A stretch of DNA of 64,000 bases from Candidatus Thalassarchaeum betae (lineage in GTDB: Archaea; Thermoplasmatota; Poseidoniia; Poseidoniales; Thalassarchaeaceae), in the NCBI GenBank assembly GCA_003193925.1, contig PSPG01000003.1, positions 32,001-96,000 on the forward strand, in the 5' to 3' direction. This document shows, piece by piece, positions 46,744 to 55,294 of this stretch (its first letter is position 1; each line of letters begins with the position of its first letter). A program made the translations under genes and the position numbers. Under the pieces are notes generated by a model. It did not search any database and was not told the DNA's origin. It saw only the letters and a program-made list of their open reading frames with translations.

Positions 46744-49461
46744 TCAGTCGCGACGGGTCGCGAAAGCTGCTCCCAGAAGCACAACCACTGCCATCAGCGC
46801 GCCGAAGCCCGGTAGCATCTCAGCAGTGGCGAACGAATCGGATGTGTACTGGTCTGCCCAGGTGTCGTACAGCTCGACCTGGACGCCCGGCATGAGATTG
46901 TCAATGACCAAAGTGTCCATGTCTGAAATCAATCCATCACCGTCGTAGTCTAGGTACTCGTAGGTGAATTCGTACTCGGCGATCGCGGGATCGACCGTAG
47001 CTGAGCCCTCGGTAAGTCCGTTCGAAGCGGCGATTGTGCAGTTCGAGATAGGGGGCTCGTTGCCCTCCTCGTCGGGCTCACCGCAATCGACAAGGAACCT
47101 GACCTCGAAGTCCGAGATAGGAGCGTTCAGGGTCTGGCCCATGACCATCATGGTGACTCGGGAGGGCTCGTCGTCGCCTCCTTCACCATCGTCATCGTCA
47201 CCATCGTCATCATCGGCACAGCAGAAGGCCCAGAAAATCTCGAACTCGTACAAATCCAGTCCGCCGCTGTCATCGTCGTCGAACATGTCAATGATGTCAG
47301 AGAGGCCATCAAAGTCTTCTTCTGACATCTCCTCGCCGTCCGTCTGATTATCGAAGTCAGCCCACTCCGAGGCAGTGAGTTGTCCGTCATCGTCAGCGTC
47401 CATCCAGTCGAAAATCTGCTCTGGATTCGCCTCCCCGGGATCGAACATGACTCCTATGCCATCGATGACGCACTGTACCTCGTTGATGTCGATCATGTCG
47501 TTGCCATCATAGTCGCAATCATCCCACAGAGCTGCAATCGAGTCCGAGTCGAGTTCGGGGTTCGATGGGTCGGACTCCCAGAAATCCTCGAACTCCTGGA
47601 AGGACACGTAGCCGTCTTCATTCGCATCTGCCGCCTCCATGGCCTCCTCGGGAGTCGGTGCGCCATCATCGTCATCGTCTGATCCCGGCCACTCATCTCC
47701 TCCAGAGGTCCACTCGTAGTCCTCGCTCTGTCCGAAGTCGTCAGTGCAGTGCCAGCCGTCATCCTCGTGGTCCTCGCAGTAATACCACCAAGTGTTCCAT
47801 TCTGTTTCTTCAGAATACTTGCAATACCAAGCGTTCTCTTCTCCATCTGCGTCTCCTTCCCACTCGCAGTGGCCGCCCTCGTAAGATTGCCAGTAGACGT
47901 CGTTTCCATCGTCGCCGCCATCGTCATCGCCAGAGGATTCCAACAATTGCGTAAATTCGTCGAGGTTCAGCAGGTCGTCCCCATCGATATCACCGCTGTA
48001 GAACCAGTTAGCCGTTCCCTCCTCGTCCTCGCTGGACATAGGAGGTTCCCCGTCCTGCTCGTTTTCGTTGTTGATGTAATCGATGAGTTCCTGCAGGCTC
48101 AGATAGCCGTCGTCGTCCGTGTCCATGTAGTCCATCATCTGCTCTGGATCCTCATCGCCACCATCGTCACCAAAGCCGCCCAACATGGCCCCGATGCCGT
48201 CGATGAAGCACTGCATCTCGTCGATGTCAATCAGGTCGTTGCCGTCATAGTCGCAATCATCGAACAGAGTTGCAACCTCTTCCGAATCGAGTTCGGGGTT
48301 TTCTGGATCGGATTCCCAGGCGTCCTGGAACTCCTGGTGGCTCATGTAGCCGTCACCGTCGGTGTCTACGTCCTCCATAGCCTCCTCGGGAGTCGGGATG
48401 TCGCCGCCTTCGCCGTCATCGTCAGACTCGTCGGAGCCGTCGCCACAGTCGTCCCAGCCGTCGTCGACCCAGTCCATCGGAATCTCGTTTCCGTTATCGC
48501 AGTAGAACGTGTCATCGCCGCCATCGTCCTCAGGCATTCCCTCAATGTGGAAATTAATCGGTATCGAGGTCCTCGGCAGGGTGTCGTCGACCTCGATGAC
48601 CACGGCGTCTCCCCACATCACTGTGTAACTGATTGAAGAGCTGGCAGACCCAGGCGCGTTCCTCGACCCGTAGTCGGTTGATATCTCGTAGGACATGAGG
48701 TCCTCGTTCTCATCGATCAGGATGACGATGGAGATGTCGTGCCCGGTGTCGTTGGTGTACTCGAGGGTCATGGTGTGGACCCCGGTCTCATCCTCGAAGG
48801 TGATTACGGGCTCCGTATCGGCAGGCATCTCGCTGGACAGGTCGCTAAGATCTCCCGTAGGCAGATCGAGGCCTATCTCTTCTCCGGTGTCGCCTGCATC
48901 AGACACACTCACCAGCGAGGATATGACATCCATGACGTCGGGGTCCGCATCCCTGGTCTGGTACGAGCCCATTCCGGCATTCTCAGCGGCCAACATCCCA
49001 CCCATGGTGTAGTGGATGTTGACGAGTTCGCCGACCTGGACCTGGATGTACTCGTAGGTCATGAAAGGCACCATCGACATGCCCATCTTCACGTAGACCG
49101 AATCGGTATCTAAATCGGCCATCACCATCTCTTCGATGACTGTGTCCGTCTGCATGTTCATGTCGGTATTCCACTCACTCATCGTGATTGACATTGAATA
49201 TCCCGCGCGCGGAATAATTTCGAGCATCTCGTCTATTTCCATCTGCTCGGTAGCGGCGGTCATGAACGCCTCCATCGAGGCTAGGTAGAAGCAGTCTCCC
49301 AACAGCTCCGCGGTGGCGTTATCGTCGTAGTTCTCGGCGTTCTCGTCCATGCAACCTAGGATATCGTCGACGATTTCCTCGATTTCAGGGCTGGAGGTGC
49401 ATCCGGCCAAGGGGGTAGCGATCAACAACAGGCTAGCAAGTAGAGCATACGCTCGGGTCAT
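46744..49461 (-). CDS. Acidic surface lipoprotein with 8-9 EF-hand loops, LDLa-like motif and PGF-CTERM signal
   Basis: Lipobox LAGC, GCMDENAENYDDNAT, repeated DxDxDG..S..E loops, FYCDNG...DCGDGSDE, and C-terminal LPGF + TM + RR. Confidence 0.85.
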   Translation of the reverse strand: MTRAYALLASLLLIATPLAGCTSSPEIEEIVDDILGCMDENAENYDDNATAELLGDCFYLASMEAFMTAATEQMEIDEMLEIIPRAGYSMSITMSEWNTDMNMQTDTVIEEMVMADLDTDSVYVKMGMSMVPFMTYEYIQVQVGELVNIHYTMGGMLAAENAGMGSYQTRDADPDVMDVISSLVSVSDAGDTGEEIGLDLPTGDLSDLSSEMPADTEPVITFEDETGVHTMTLEYTNDTGHDISIVILIDENEDLMSYEISTDYGSRNAPGSASSSISYTVMWGDAVVIEVDDTLPRTSIPINFHIEGMPEDDGGDDTFYCDNGNEIPMDWVDDGWDDCGDGSDESDDDGEGGDIPTPEEAMEDVDTDGDGYMSHQEFQDAWESDPENPELDSEEVATLFDDCDYDGNDLIDIDEMQCFIDGIGAMLGGFGDDGGDEDPEQMMDYMDTDDDGYLSLQELIDYINNENEQDGEPPMSSEDEEGTANWFYSGDIDGDDLLNLDEFTQLLESSGDDDGGDDGNDVYWQSYEGGHCEWEGDADGEENAWYCKYSEETEWNTWWYYCEDHEDDGWHCTDDFGQSEDYEWTSGGDEWPGSDDDDDGAPTPEEAMEAADANEDGYVSFQEFEDFWESDPSNPELDSDSIAALWDDCDYDGNDMIDINEVQCVIDGIGVMFDPGEANPEQIFDWMDADDDGQLTASEWADFDNQTDGEEMSEEDFDGLSDIIDMFDDDDSGGLDLYEFEIFWAFCCADDDDGDDDDGEGGDDEPSRVTMMVMGQTLNAPISDFEVRFLVDCGEPDEEGNEPPISNCTIAASNGLTEGSATVDPAIAEYEFTYEYLDYDGDGLISDMDTLVIDNLMPGVQVELYDTWADQYTSDSFATAEMLPGFGALMAVVVLLGAAFATRRD
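47240..48396 (-). repeat. Internal duplication of a four-EF-hand block (copies start 738 nt apart, at 48396 and 47658)
   Basis: PTPEEAME...WESDP.NPELDS...DDCDYDGND.IDI.E.QC.IDGIG occurs twice. The right-hand boundaries are approximate. Confidence 0.85.
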
Positions 49462-49481
49462 TGTTCGTGGGCCGCTCTGAA

Positions 49482-49490
49482 CCGCTTATG
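49482..49490 (-). promoter_or_regulatory. TATA-like element CATAAGCGG upstream of the EF-hand protein gene
   Basis: About 28 nt upstream of ATG 49461, with the same ATAAGCGG core as upstream of hppA. Confidence 0.45.
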
Positions 49491-49509
49491 AAGAATGGGG
49501 CGGCGTAGG

Positions 49510-50745
49510 TCACTCCCAATTTCCGGTGATGTCGCTCCACATCAACAGTGCTAGGGCATCGAGCCCGGTTTGCATTCCTGCCTCAAGGCCTCCGCGCCCG
49601 CCCGCTAGGGTGTACAGGACATCGACCCTGTCGGTGGGAGCGTGCTTGGGAGACTGCTCACAGGTGTCGTCCTCCTCCTGCAGGAACTCGTGCATGCCGC
49701 GGAACCAGGTCGCCGGCCAGCCTCGCGAGATGAAGTTGTAGTGATCCGAGTTGCCTTTGGTGTCGTCTAGGACGACTACCCATTCGGTCGGGTACTCGAG
49801 ATGCTCGTACAGCACGACCCCCAGCCTGTCCTGCAGCGCTACTGCCTGCTCCCTCATCTCATCGGTCACGTTCACCCCTCGGTCCTCGTAGTACGACCAG
49901 TCCTCGACCGGCGAGGTGAACAGGTAGAGGTGGAAGTAGTCCTCGTCGCAGCCGCTGAGCTGGCTGACCAACTGGGTCTCGACAGGCCAGTTCAGGCCGT
50001 ACATGTCGAGATTGATGTATGTCGCTATCTCGACGCCTTCGGGTAGTGTGGTGACAAAGGTCTCGCTGCCATAGCCCGCACCCTCGGGGGAGCCGCTGCC
50101 CTGCCATTCCTCGTAGTCCCAAACTGCGAACTTCCAGGTGTGCTTCGGCTTGATATCCATTCCCGGTAGGGCCTCGGAGAGGTTCGACTGCCATTCCATC
50201 ATCAGGCGTGCGAGCTCTAGCACAGAGGCAGTTCCAGTGGCATCGTCGTAGGCGCCTTGGGAGGTGCACCCGGGGTACTCTATCCCTATGACGATCTGCT
50301 GGCTGTAGCAGATGGCGTCGTAGTGGCCTCCGACGACGATCCACGAGTCCGGGTCCTCGCCCTCCATCGTGGCGACGTAGTTGCGGCAGTCTTCGCATAT
50401 CTGGGTGGTGAAGTTCTGGACCTCGACCTCGTAGCCCAGATCCTCGAACCTCAGTTGTACGAAGTCGCCCGCATTGGCGTGGGCGACGGTGTCGATCTTG
50501 CGGTAGCCGAAGTCTGCTAGCGCCTCGATGTCGTCGGCTACGGCCGAAGCAGAGGGTAGTGAAGGCGGAGGGCTGTTCTCGAACTCCTCCTGCAATTCGT
50601 CCTCGAGGTCCTCGACGAACCCCTTGAGGCCGAAGTAGATTAGCGCTCCGGCGAGCCCGGCTAGGATGATGCATGCACCGACGATTATCGACGTGATCTT
50701 GAGCGCTGGCATGCCGTCAACTGGCTGGGTGTCCTGCTCCTCCAC
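49510..50745 (-). CDS. Membrane-anchored M28-family metallopeptidase
   Basis: N-terminal TM, VVGGHYD, GAYDDATG, WDYEE, YINLDM, NSDH, KHAPTD. Confidence 0.9.
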   Translation of the reverse strand: MEEQDTQPVDGMPALKITSIIVGACIILAGLAGALIYFGLKGFVEDLEDELQEEFENSPPPSLPSASAVADDIEALADFGYRKIDTVAHANAGDFVQLRFEDLGYEVEVQNFTTQICEDCRNYVATMEGEDPDSWIVVGGHYDAICYSQQIVIGIEYPGCTSQGAYDDATGTASVLELARLMMEWQSNLSEALPGMDIKPKHTWKFAVWDYEEWQGSGSPEGAGYGSETFVTTLPEGVEIATYINLDMYGLNWPVETQLVSQLSGCDEDYFHLYLFTSPVEDWSYYEDRGVNVTDEMREQAVALQDRLGVVLYEHLEYPTEWVVVLDDTKGNSDHYNFISRGWPATWFRGMHEFLQEEDDTCEQSPKHAPTDRVDVLYTLAGGRGGLEAGMQTGLDALALLMWSDITGNWE

Positions 50746-50798
50746 GGCCGACGGAAGGAGCGCCTTCGGGAAAGTGTTCTGCCACTGGCGGGAGAAGA

Positions 50799-50883
50799 TG
50801 GTGCAGGGGACAGGATTCGAACCTGCGAAGCACTACGCACAGCGACCTGAACGCTGCCCCTTTGACCACTCGGGAACCCCTGC
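50799..50883 (-). tRNA. tRNA-Leu(CAG)
   Basis: GCAGGGG acceptor stem, anticodon arm CAGCG-TT-CAG-GT-CGCTG, long variable arm, GGTTCGAATCC, encoded CCA. Confidence 0.96.
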
Positions 50884-50959
50884 TCCGCCTTCCGGCGGGC
50901 GCCGCTCGTCTTCAATGCAGCGTAATCGGATATTGGCTCAGCACAACTGCCTTCGATTG

Positions 50960-51044
50960 TGGTGCAGGGGACAGGATTTGAACCTGCGAAGCACTACGCA
51001 CTGGGACCTAAACCCAGCCCCTTTGACCACTCGGGAACCCCTGC
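50960..51044 (-). tRNA. tRNA-Leu(TAG)
   Basis: Anticodon arm CTGGG-TT-TAG-GT-CCCAG, GGTTCAAATCC, encoded CCA. Confidence 0.96.
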
Positions 51045-51111
51045 TCGTAACCGTGCGAGCGATTTTCCGTCAATAAGGCAACGCCCCCGTTATCCGCTCC
51101 CCCATAGGGTC

Positions 51112-51131
51112 ATAACGGGCAGGTTGGGCCC
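51112..51131 (+). promoter_or_regulatory. Putative promoter element of gpsA
   Basis: ATAACGGGCAGGTTGGGCCC, 34 nt upstream of the ATG. Its first 8 nt form an inverted repeat with CCCGTTAT at 51086-51093. Confidence 0.45.
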
Positions 51132-51145
51132 GAAGTCCGGTTAAT

Positions 51146-52156
51146 ATGGCACGGATAGGCGTACTCGGCTTGGGCAATTGGGGCACTGCTCTCGCACATG
51201 TCTGGTGCGAGGACGGGCACAACGTCCTCGGATGGACCATCGAGCACGAAGTCTACGAGTCGATGATGACCGAGAGTATCAACAAGAAGTACCTACCAGG
51301 CTACGAGATTCCTCGGCTTCAGGTGACGATGGAGATGTCAGACGTCACCGAGGAGTGCGAGATCCTAGTGCTCGCCCTGCCCAGCGGGGTCATACTCTCC
51401 GTGGTGGACGACCTGATTCCCCACCTGCGTCCCTCTCACGTCCTGCTCGATCTCGCTAAGGGGCTCGCACCCTCCGAAGAGGGCGGCTCGGGGATGATCT
51501 CCGATGCCATCGGGAGGCGCCTCGAGGCAGCAGGCAAGTCCAACCCGGTCATCGTGATGACTGGCCCCACCATCGCACCCGAGGTAGCTCGCGGCGTGAT
51601 GACTACCGCTTTGGTGGCCTGTCACGACCGCAGCGTGGCAGAGCGCATCGCAGAGCGCCTGTCGACCAGCAACCTGGTCCTCAAGGCCGCCGAGGACCCC
51701 ATGGGCGCGGAGCTCTGGGGCGCCTACAAGAACACGGTCGCGATCGCGTGCGGCCTCGTCGACGGGCTGCACGGCAGCATCGGCGGTGACAATCTCAAAG
51801 CCGCGCTGGTGCTAGCCGGATTCAGCGAGGGCATCAGACTGCTTGACGCCATGGGAGCAGAGCCCAGCACTGCCTTCGGGCCTGCGGGTATAGGCGACCT
51901 GTACGTGACGGCCACGAGCCCGCGCAGCAGGAACCGCACGCTAGGCGAGAAGTTGGGCTCGGGACTGTCGCTGGAGGACTCCCTCGAAGAGATGCACATG
52001 GTCGCTGAGGGTGTCCGAGCATCTCGGATGTTCATCGACCGGGCTCCCGGACTCGGGGTCGAGATCCCGTTCCTGACAGCTCTGGGTGGGCTGCTGGACG
52101 GTGAGTTGGAAGTCGAGGATGCCGTGCGTCGCATGGTAGACTCGTACGAAGGCTGA
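51146..52156 (+). CDS. gpsA: NAD(P)H-dependent glycerol-3-phosphate dehydrogenase (bacterial type)
   Basis: GLGNWGTALA, LAKGL, GPTIAPEV, GAYKN, GIGDLYVT..SPRSRNR, VAEGV. Confidence 0.94.
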   Translation: MARIGVLGLGNWGTALAHVWCEDGHNVLGWTIEHEVYESMMTESINKKYLPGYEIPRLQVTMEMSDVTEECEILVLALPSGVILSVVDDLIPHLRPSHVLLDLAKGLAPSEEGGSGMISDAIGRRLEAAGKSNPVIVMTGPTIAPEVARGVMTTALVACHDRSVAERIAERLSTSNLVLKAAEDPMGAELWGAYKNTVAIACGLVDGLHGSIGGDNLKAALVLAGFSEGIRLLDAMGAEPSTAFGPAGIGDLYVTATSPRSRNRTLGEKLGSGLSLEDSLEEMHMVAEGVRASRMFIDRAPGLGVEIPFLTALGGLLDGELEVEDAVRRMVDSYEG

Positions 52157-52204
52157 TTTCGGCAAGGTTTGATTGGGTCGTTGCATCCTCAGGGGTCGAA
52201 GCCG

Positions 52205-52432
52205 ATGTCGTTCGAGGACCTCACGGAGTTCGAGTTGCGACTGCTCAAGTGGATCTCGGCTTCGGACTTCGTCGAGGTGCCGTGGTCGACCAAGCGCGCC
52301 GCAGACGCGTTCAAGGTCACCGAGAAGGAGGTCTACGAGGCACTGGCGGCGCTGACCTCCAAGGTACGCGACAACATCCACATCTCGTACGATGAAGGTG
52401 CCATCAGAATAGTCGCTGACGACACAGCCTAG
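52205..52432 (+). CDS. Small hypothetical protein, possible winged helix-turn-helix
   Basis: LTEFELRLL...STKRAADAFKVTEKEVYEALAAL followed by a beta-hairpin-like end. Confidence 0.65.
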   Translation: MSFEDLTEFELRLLKWISASDFVEVPWSTKRAADAFKVTEKEVYEALAALTSKVRDNIHISYDEGAIRIVADDTA

Positions 52433-53190
52433 GCCGGAGAGGCGCTCCTCGGAGATCCCTCGGAGCCCTTCGTGGCCGCGTAGCCGATCAGAACCAGATA
52501 CGCGATGAACAGGACGGCTCTAGTGACCTCGGTCATCGCGGTCTCCTCTAGCCCGAGGAAACCAGACTCGACGAGCTCCCAGAAGCCGGTTGACATCAGA
52601 TAGGCCCCGAAGAGCAGGAGGTAGACATTGGTGATTCTGAACACCCATCGGATGTCGACCCTCATCATACCGGAGAAGAGGGCCCATCCGATGACGGCTG
52701 CAGCGGTTATTCCGACGAAGACGCCGATCGAGCCGGAAGCAACATCGCCGAGTGCTAGGGTGAAGAGCACCGTCTCAGCGCCCTCGCGCCAGACACACAG
52801 CGCTGTGATCGCGGCAATTCCCAGAGTGTCGTAGCGTCCGTAGCTGTCATGGGCCCAGGATTGCAGGTCTTCCTTGCCCTGATGCCTGATGAGGTGCATT
52901 AGTACCCCTGCCAGTATGACTGCGGCGAACACCATCGTGACTCCCTCGAAAAGGTCGAGATTGACGCTGAGGGCGTCAAAGACCGAGAAAATCACGGCGG
53001 CAGTGACGACGCTGAGCGAAATGCCTCCAGCCACCCCCCACCAAACCCACTTCACGCCCTCGCGGCGGTCGGTCTTGGACAGGTATGATATGAGTAGGCC
53101 GGTGACGATTACTGCCTCCATGCACTCCCTCAGTCCTATGGAGGCGCCGGCGAGAAAAGAGCCACTCATGAGTGTGTCCAAGACTGCCAT
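52429..53190 (-). CDS. FTR1-family iron permease
   Basis: Two RExxE motifs (RECME, REGAE), FEGVTM, about 7 TMs. Confidence 0.88.
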   Translation of the reverse strand: MAVLDTLMSGSFLAGASIGLRECMEAVIVTGLLISYLSKTDRREGVKWVWWGVAGGISLSVVTAAVIFSVFDALSVNLDLFEGVTMVFAAVILAGVLMHLIRHQGKEDLQSWAHDSYGRYDTLGIAAITALCVWREGAETVLFTLALGDVASGSIGVFVGITAAAVIGWALFSGMMRVDIRWVFRITNVYLLLFGAYLMSTGFWELVESGFLGLEETAMTEVTRAVLFIAYLVLIGYAATKGSEGSPRSASPA

Positions 53191-53290
53191 GGGACTGTGA
53201 AATAACTAGCACTTATGAGGTTTAGGGTTCCCTAAATTCAATATGCACGCTGGCGATAGAATCATGTTGCTCGCTTCTGGTAGATGCCCG

Positions 53291-55291
53291 ATGGCCCGGG
53301 ACACCAGTGCCTCTGCTCTCGCCCTTCTGCTGGTACTCTCGATGGTGGCATCGACGATGCCGCTCGGGTCCGGACCTGAGCATCTGGACGAGGGAGGCCT
53401 GCGTATGGAGCAAATCGGAGGAGGAGGTTCGCTCGAGGAGCAATGTGGCTCAATAACCTTCGAGGACATGTTCGCCTACACCAAAGCAGACTTCGTGATT
53501 CACATCAATGACGACTGGCAGAGCGCGGAGGTACAGGCGGTCGCCTGGGTGAACTGGACGCTCGCCGATGACCTCAGAGAGACGATGGACGAGTTCATGG
53601 CTGAACTCGACCCCAACAACGGCGGTGACGGCTGGCTCTCCACCGACGAGCGGGAGTTCTTTCGGGCGCTCGCGAGCGAGTGCATCGAGCACACGCTGAC
53701 CAGAATAGGGTTCAGGGATGGCTCGTACCACAGAGGTGGCGAGGGAGTCAGTTGGAAGAACACCAGCTGGGAGGAGGACGGAGTCGAGATTGAGGAGTTC
53801 AATCTGGTTCCCCTAAGGCACTCACAGATCCGCGACTGCACCTCCGCCTTTGGCAACGACTGCGAGGAGGTGCCTGTCGCACCCGATGAGAACCGCGACT
53901 GCGACACCGACATCCCGCCCTCGGATGGCGTCGACGAATGCAGGGCCATACTGTGGATGAACTCCACGTTGACTATCCCCGGAGTCTCTGACGGCAACCA
54001 GTTCACTCTTGCAATCAACGCTTCCAACATGAGCAACGCCGCTCTGGAGTTCACCTTCCCAATCACTCCAGACCTCCGCCTAGACATGTGGGAGGAGTGC
54101 GAGGGGCGCGACGTGAGTTACGAGGAGGAAGCGGTGATCCCAGCCCCCATCCGTGGGACCTGTCTGGGTGATGGTTCCTCCACGTACACGCTCGTGGAGA
54201 ACGACAACGGTGGTCTGACGATGACCATCCTGCCTGATGCAGATACTCTTGATTGGCCCTCGGGAGAGGACCTGTTCGCAGACTTCACCACCGCCCCCAT
54301 ACCCGTCGACAATCCGCCTGAGTGGACTGACGCTGCGCCTCCTGAGGGCGCCTGGTTCCCCTCTCCCAGCGGCGGGCAGCACGTCTGGGCGACCTGGCAT
54401 GATGTCTCCACGTGGTTCACCGATGAGGGCAGCGTCACCCAGTTGGACATTCAGTGCACCGGCGCGTCCTCGCTCCAACTCAGCGAGGGCGCGGACCGCT
54501 CATGGTGGGCAGAGATCCCGCGTGGAAGCACCGGAGAGGTGACCTGCCAAGCCGAGGACTCTGCCGGACAGAGCACTGGAAACAGAACCTGGAACCTCGG
54601 TGTCCCGTTCTCACTCTCGACATCCAGCCAGACGCTAGTCGACCCTCATCCGATTACCCTCAGCCCGACATCCGACTGGCCCGATCTAACCGTCGAGGTC
54701 GGACTGGTGCAGGATGGCCAGTCCTTGCCGACCTCCTCAGTCACTTTCACCGGGGAGGTCACATTGGACCTCGTGTCTTTTAACACGGTACCAGGGCCGG
54801 TGCAAGTCTGGGTCAGCGTCCAAGGTACCGACGTCTACTCGATGGAGCATGTGTATGAGCTCGGTCTGACTAAGGAGAGTTCTCCCCCGTTGCTCACGAT
54901 CACATCGACGGAATGGGACGGGTCAGAGTGGTCGATGCAGGGGCAGTATAGCGACCCTGACGGCGAAGCCGTCACCTTCACGATGGCAATAGACGGCTCC
55001 GCTACAGGCTCGGTTAGCTCGAGCGGCAACACTTGGTCGACCCCTAGAATAAACTTCGAGCTCTGGGATGAGGGAGAGCACGTGGTCACCATCGAGGGCT
55101 GTGATGCTTCGAGCAAATGCTCCAGTGTTTCGCAGACTGTGAACAACTCTCACCTCTTCGATGAGCCAGAACCAAACCCTCTCCCTACCACTGTTGATGA
55201 TGGAGGCAGTGGCTTGCTACCTGCTGCTGGCCTACCTGCACTCATCATTGCTGTAGTCGGTGCCCTCATGTATGGTAGGCGGCGCGGCTGA
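53291..55291 (+). CDS. Exported acidic surface protein with Ig-like domains and C-terminal sorting signal
   Basis: Signal peptide from ATG 53291, Cys-containing N-terminal domain, GQYSDPDGE and EGEHVVTIEGCD, then LPAAG + TM + RRRG. Confidence 0.8.
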   Translation: MARDTSASALALLLVLSMVASTMPLGSGPEHLDEGGLRMEQIGGGGSLEEQCGSITFEDMFAYTKADFVIHINDDWQSAEVQAVAWVNWTLADDLRETMDEFMAELDPNNGGDGWLSTDEREFFRALASECIEHTLTRIGFRDGSYHRGGEGVSWKNTSWEEDGVEIEEFNLVPLRHSQIRDCTSAFGNDCEEVPVAPDENRDCDTDIPPSDGVDECRAILWMNSTLTIPGVSDGNQFTLAINASNMSNAALEFTFPITPDLRLDMWEECEGRDVSYEEEAVIPAPIRGTCLGDGSSTYTLVENDNGGLTMTILPDADTLDWPSGEDLFADFTTAPIPVDNPPEWTDAAPPEGAWFPSPSGGQHVWATWHDVSTWFTDEGSVTQLDIQCTGASSLQLSEGADRSWWAEIPRGSTGEVTCQAEDSAGQSTGNRTWNLGVPFSLSTSSQTLVDPHPITLSPTSDWPDLTVEVGLVQDGQSLPTSSVTFTGEVTLDLVSFNTVPGPVQVWVSVQGTDVYSMEHVYELGLTKESSPPLLTITSTEWDGSEWSMQGQYSDPDGEAVTFTMAIDGSATGSVSSSGNTWSTPRINFELWDEGEHVVTIEGCDASSKCSSVSQTVNNSHLFDEPEPNPLPTTVDDGGSGLLPAAGLPALIIAVVGALMYGRRRG

Positions 55292-55294
55292 GCC

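Noticed and set aside
50746-51145. Integrated element at the tRNA-Leu genes
   Set aside because: No integrase is present and I saw no partial tRNA 3' duplication elsewhere. Both copies are complete tRNAs. The ORFs called over them are spurious.
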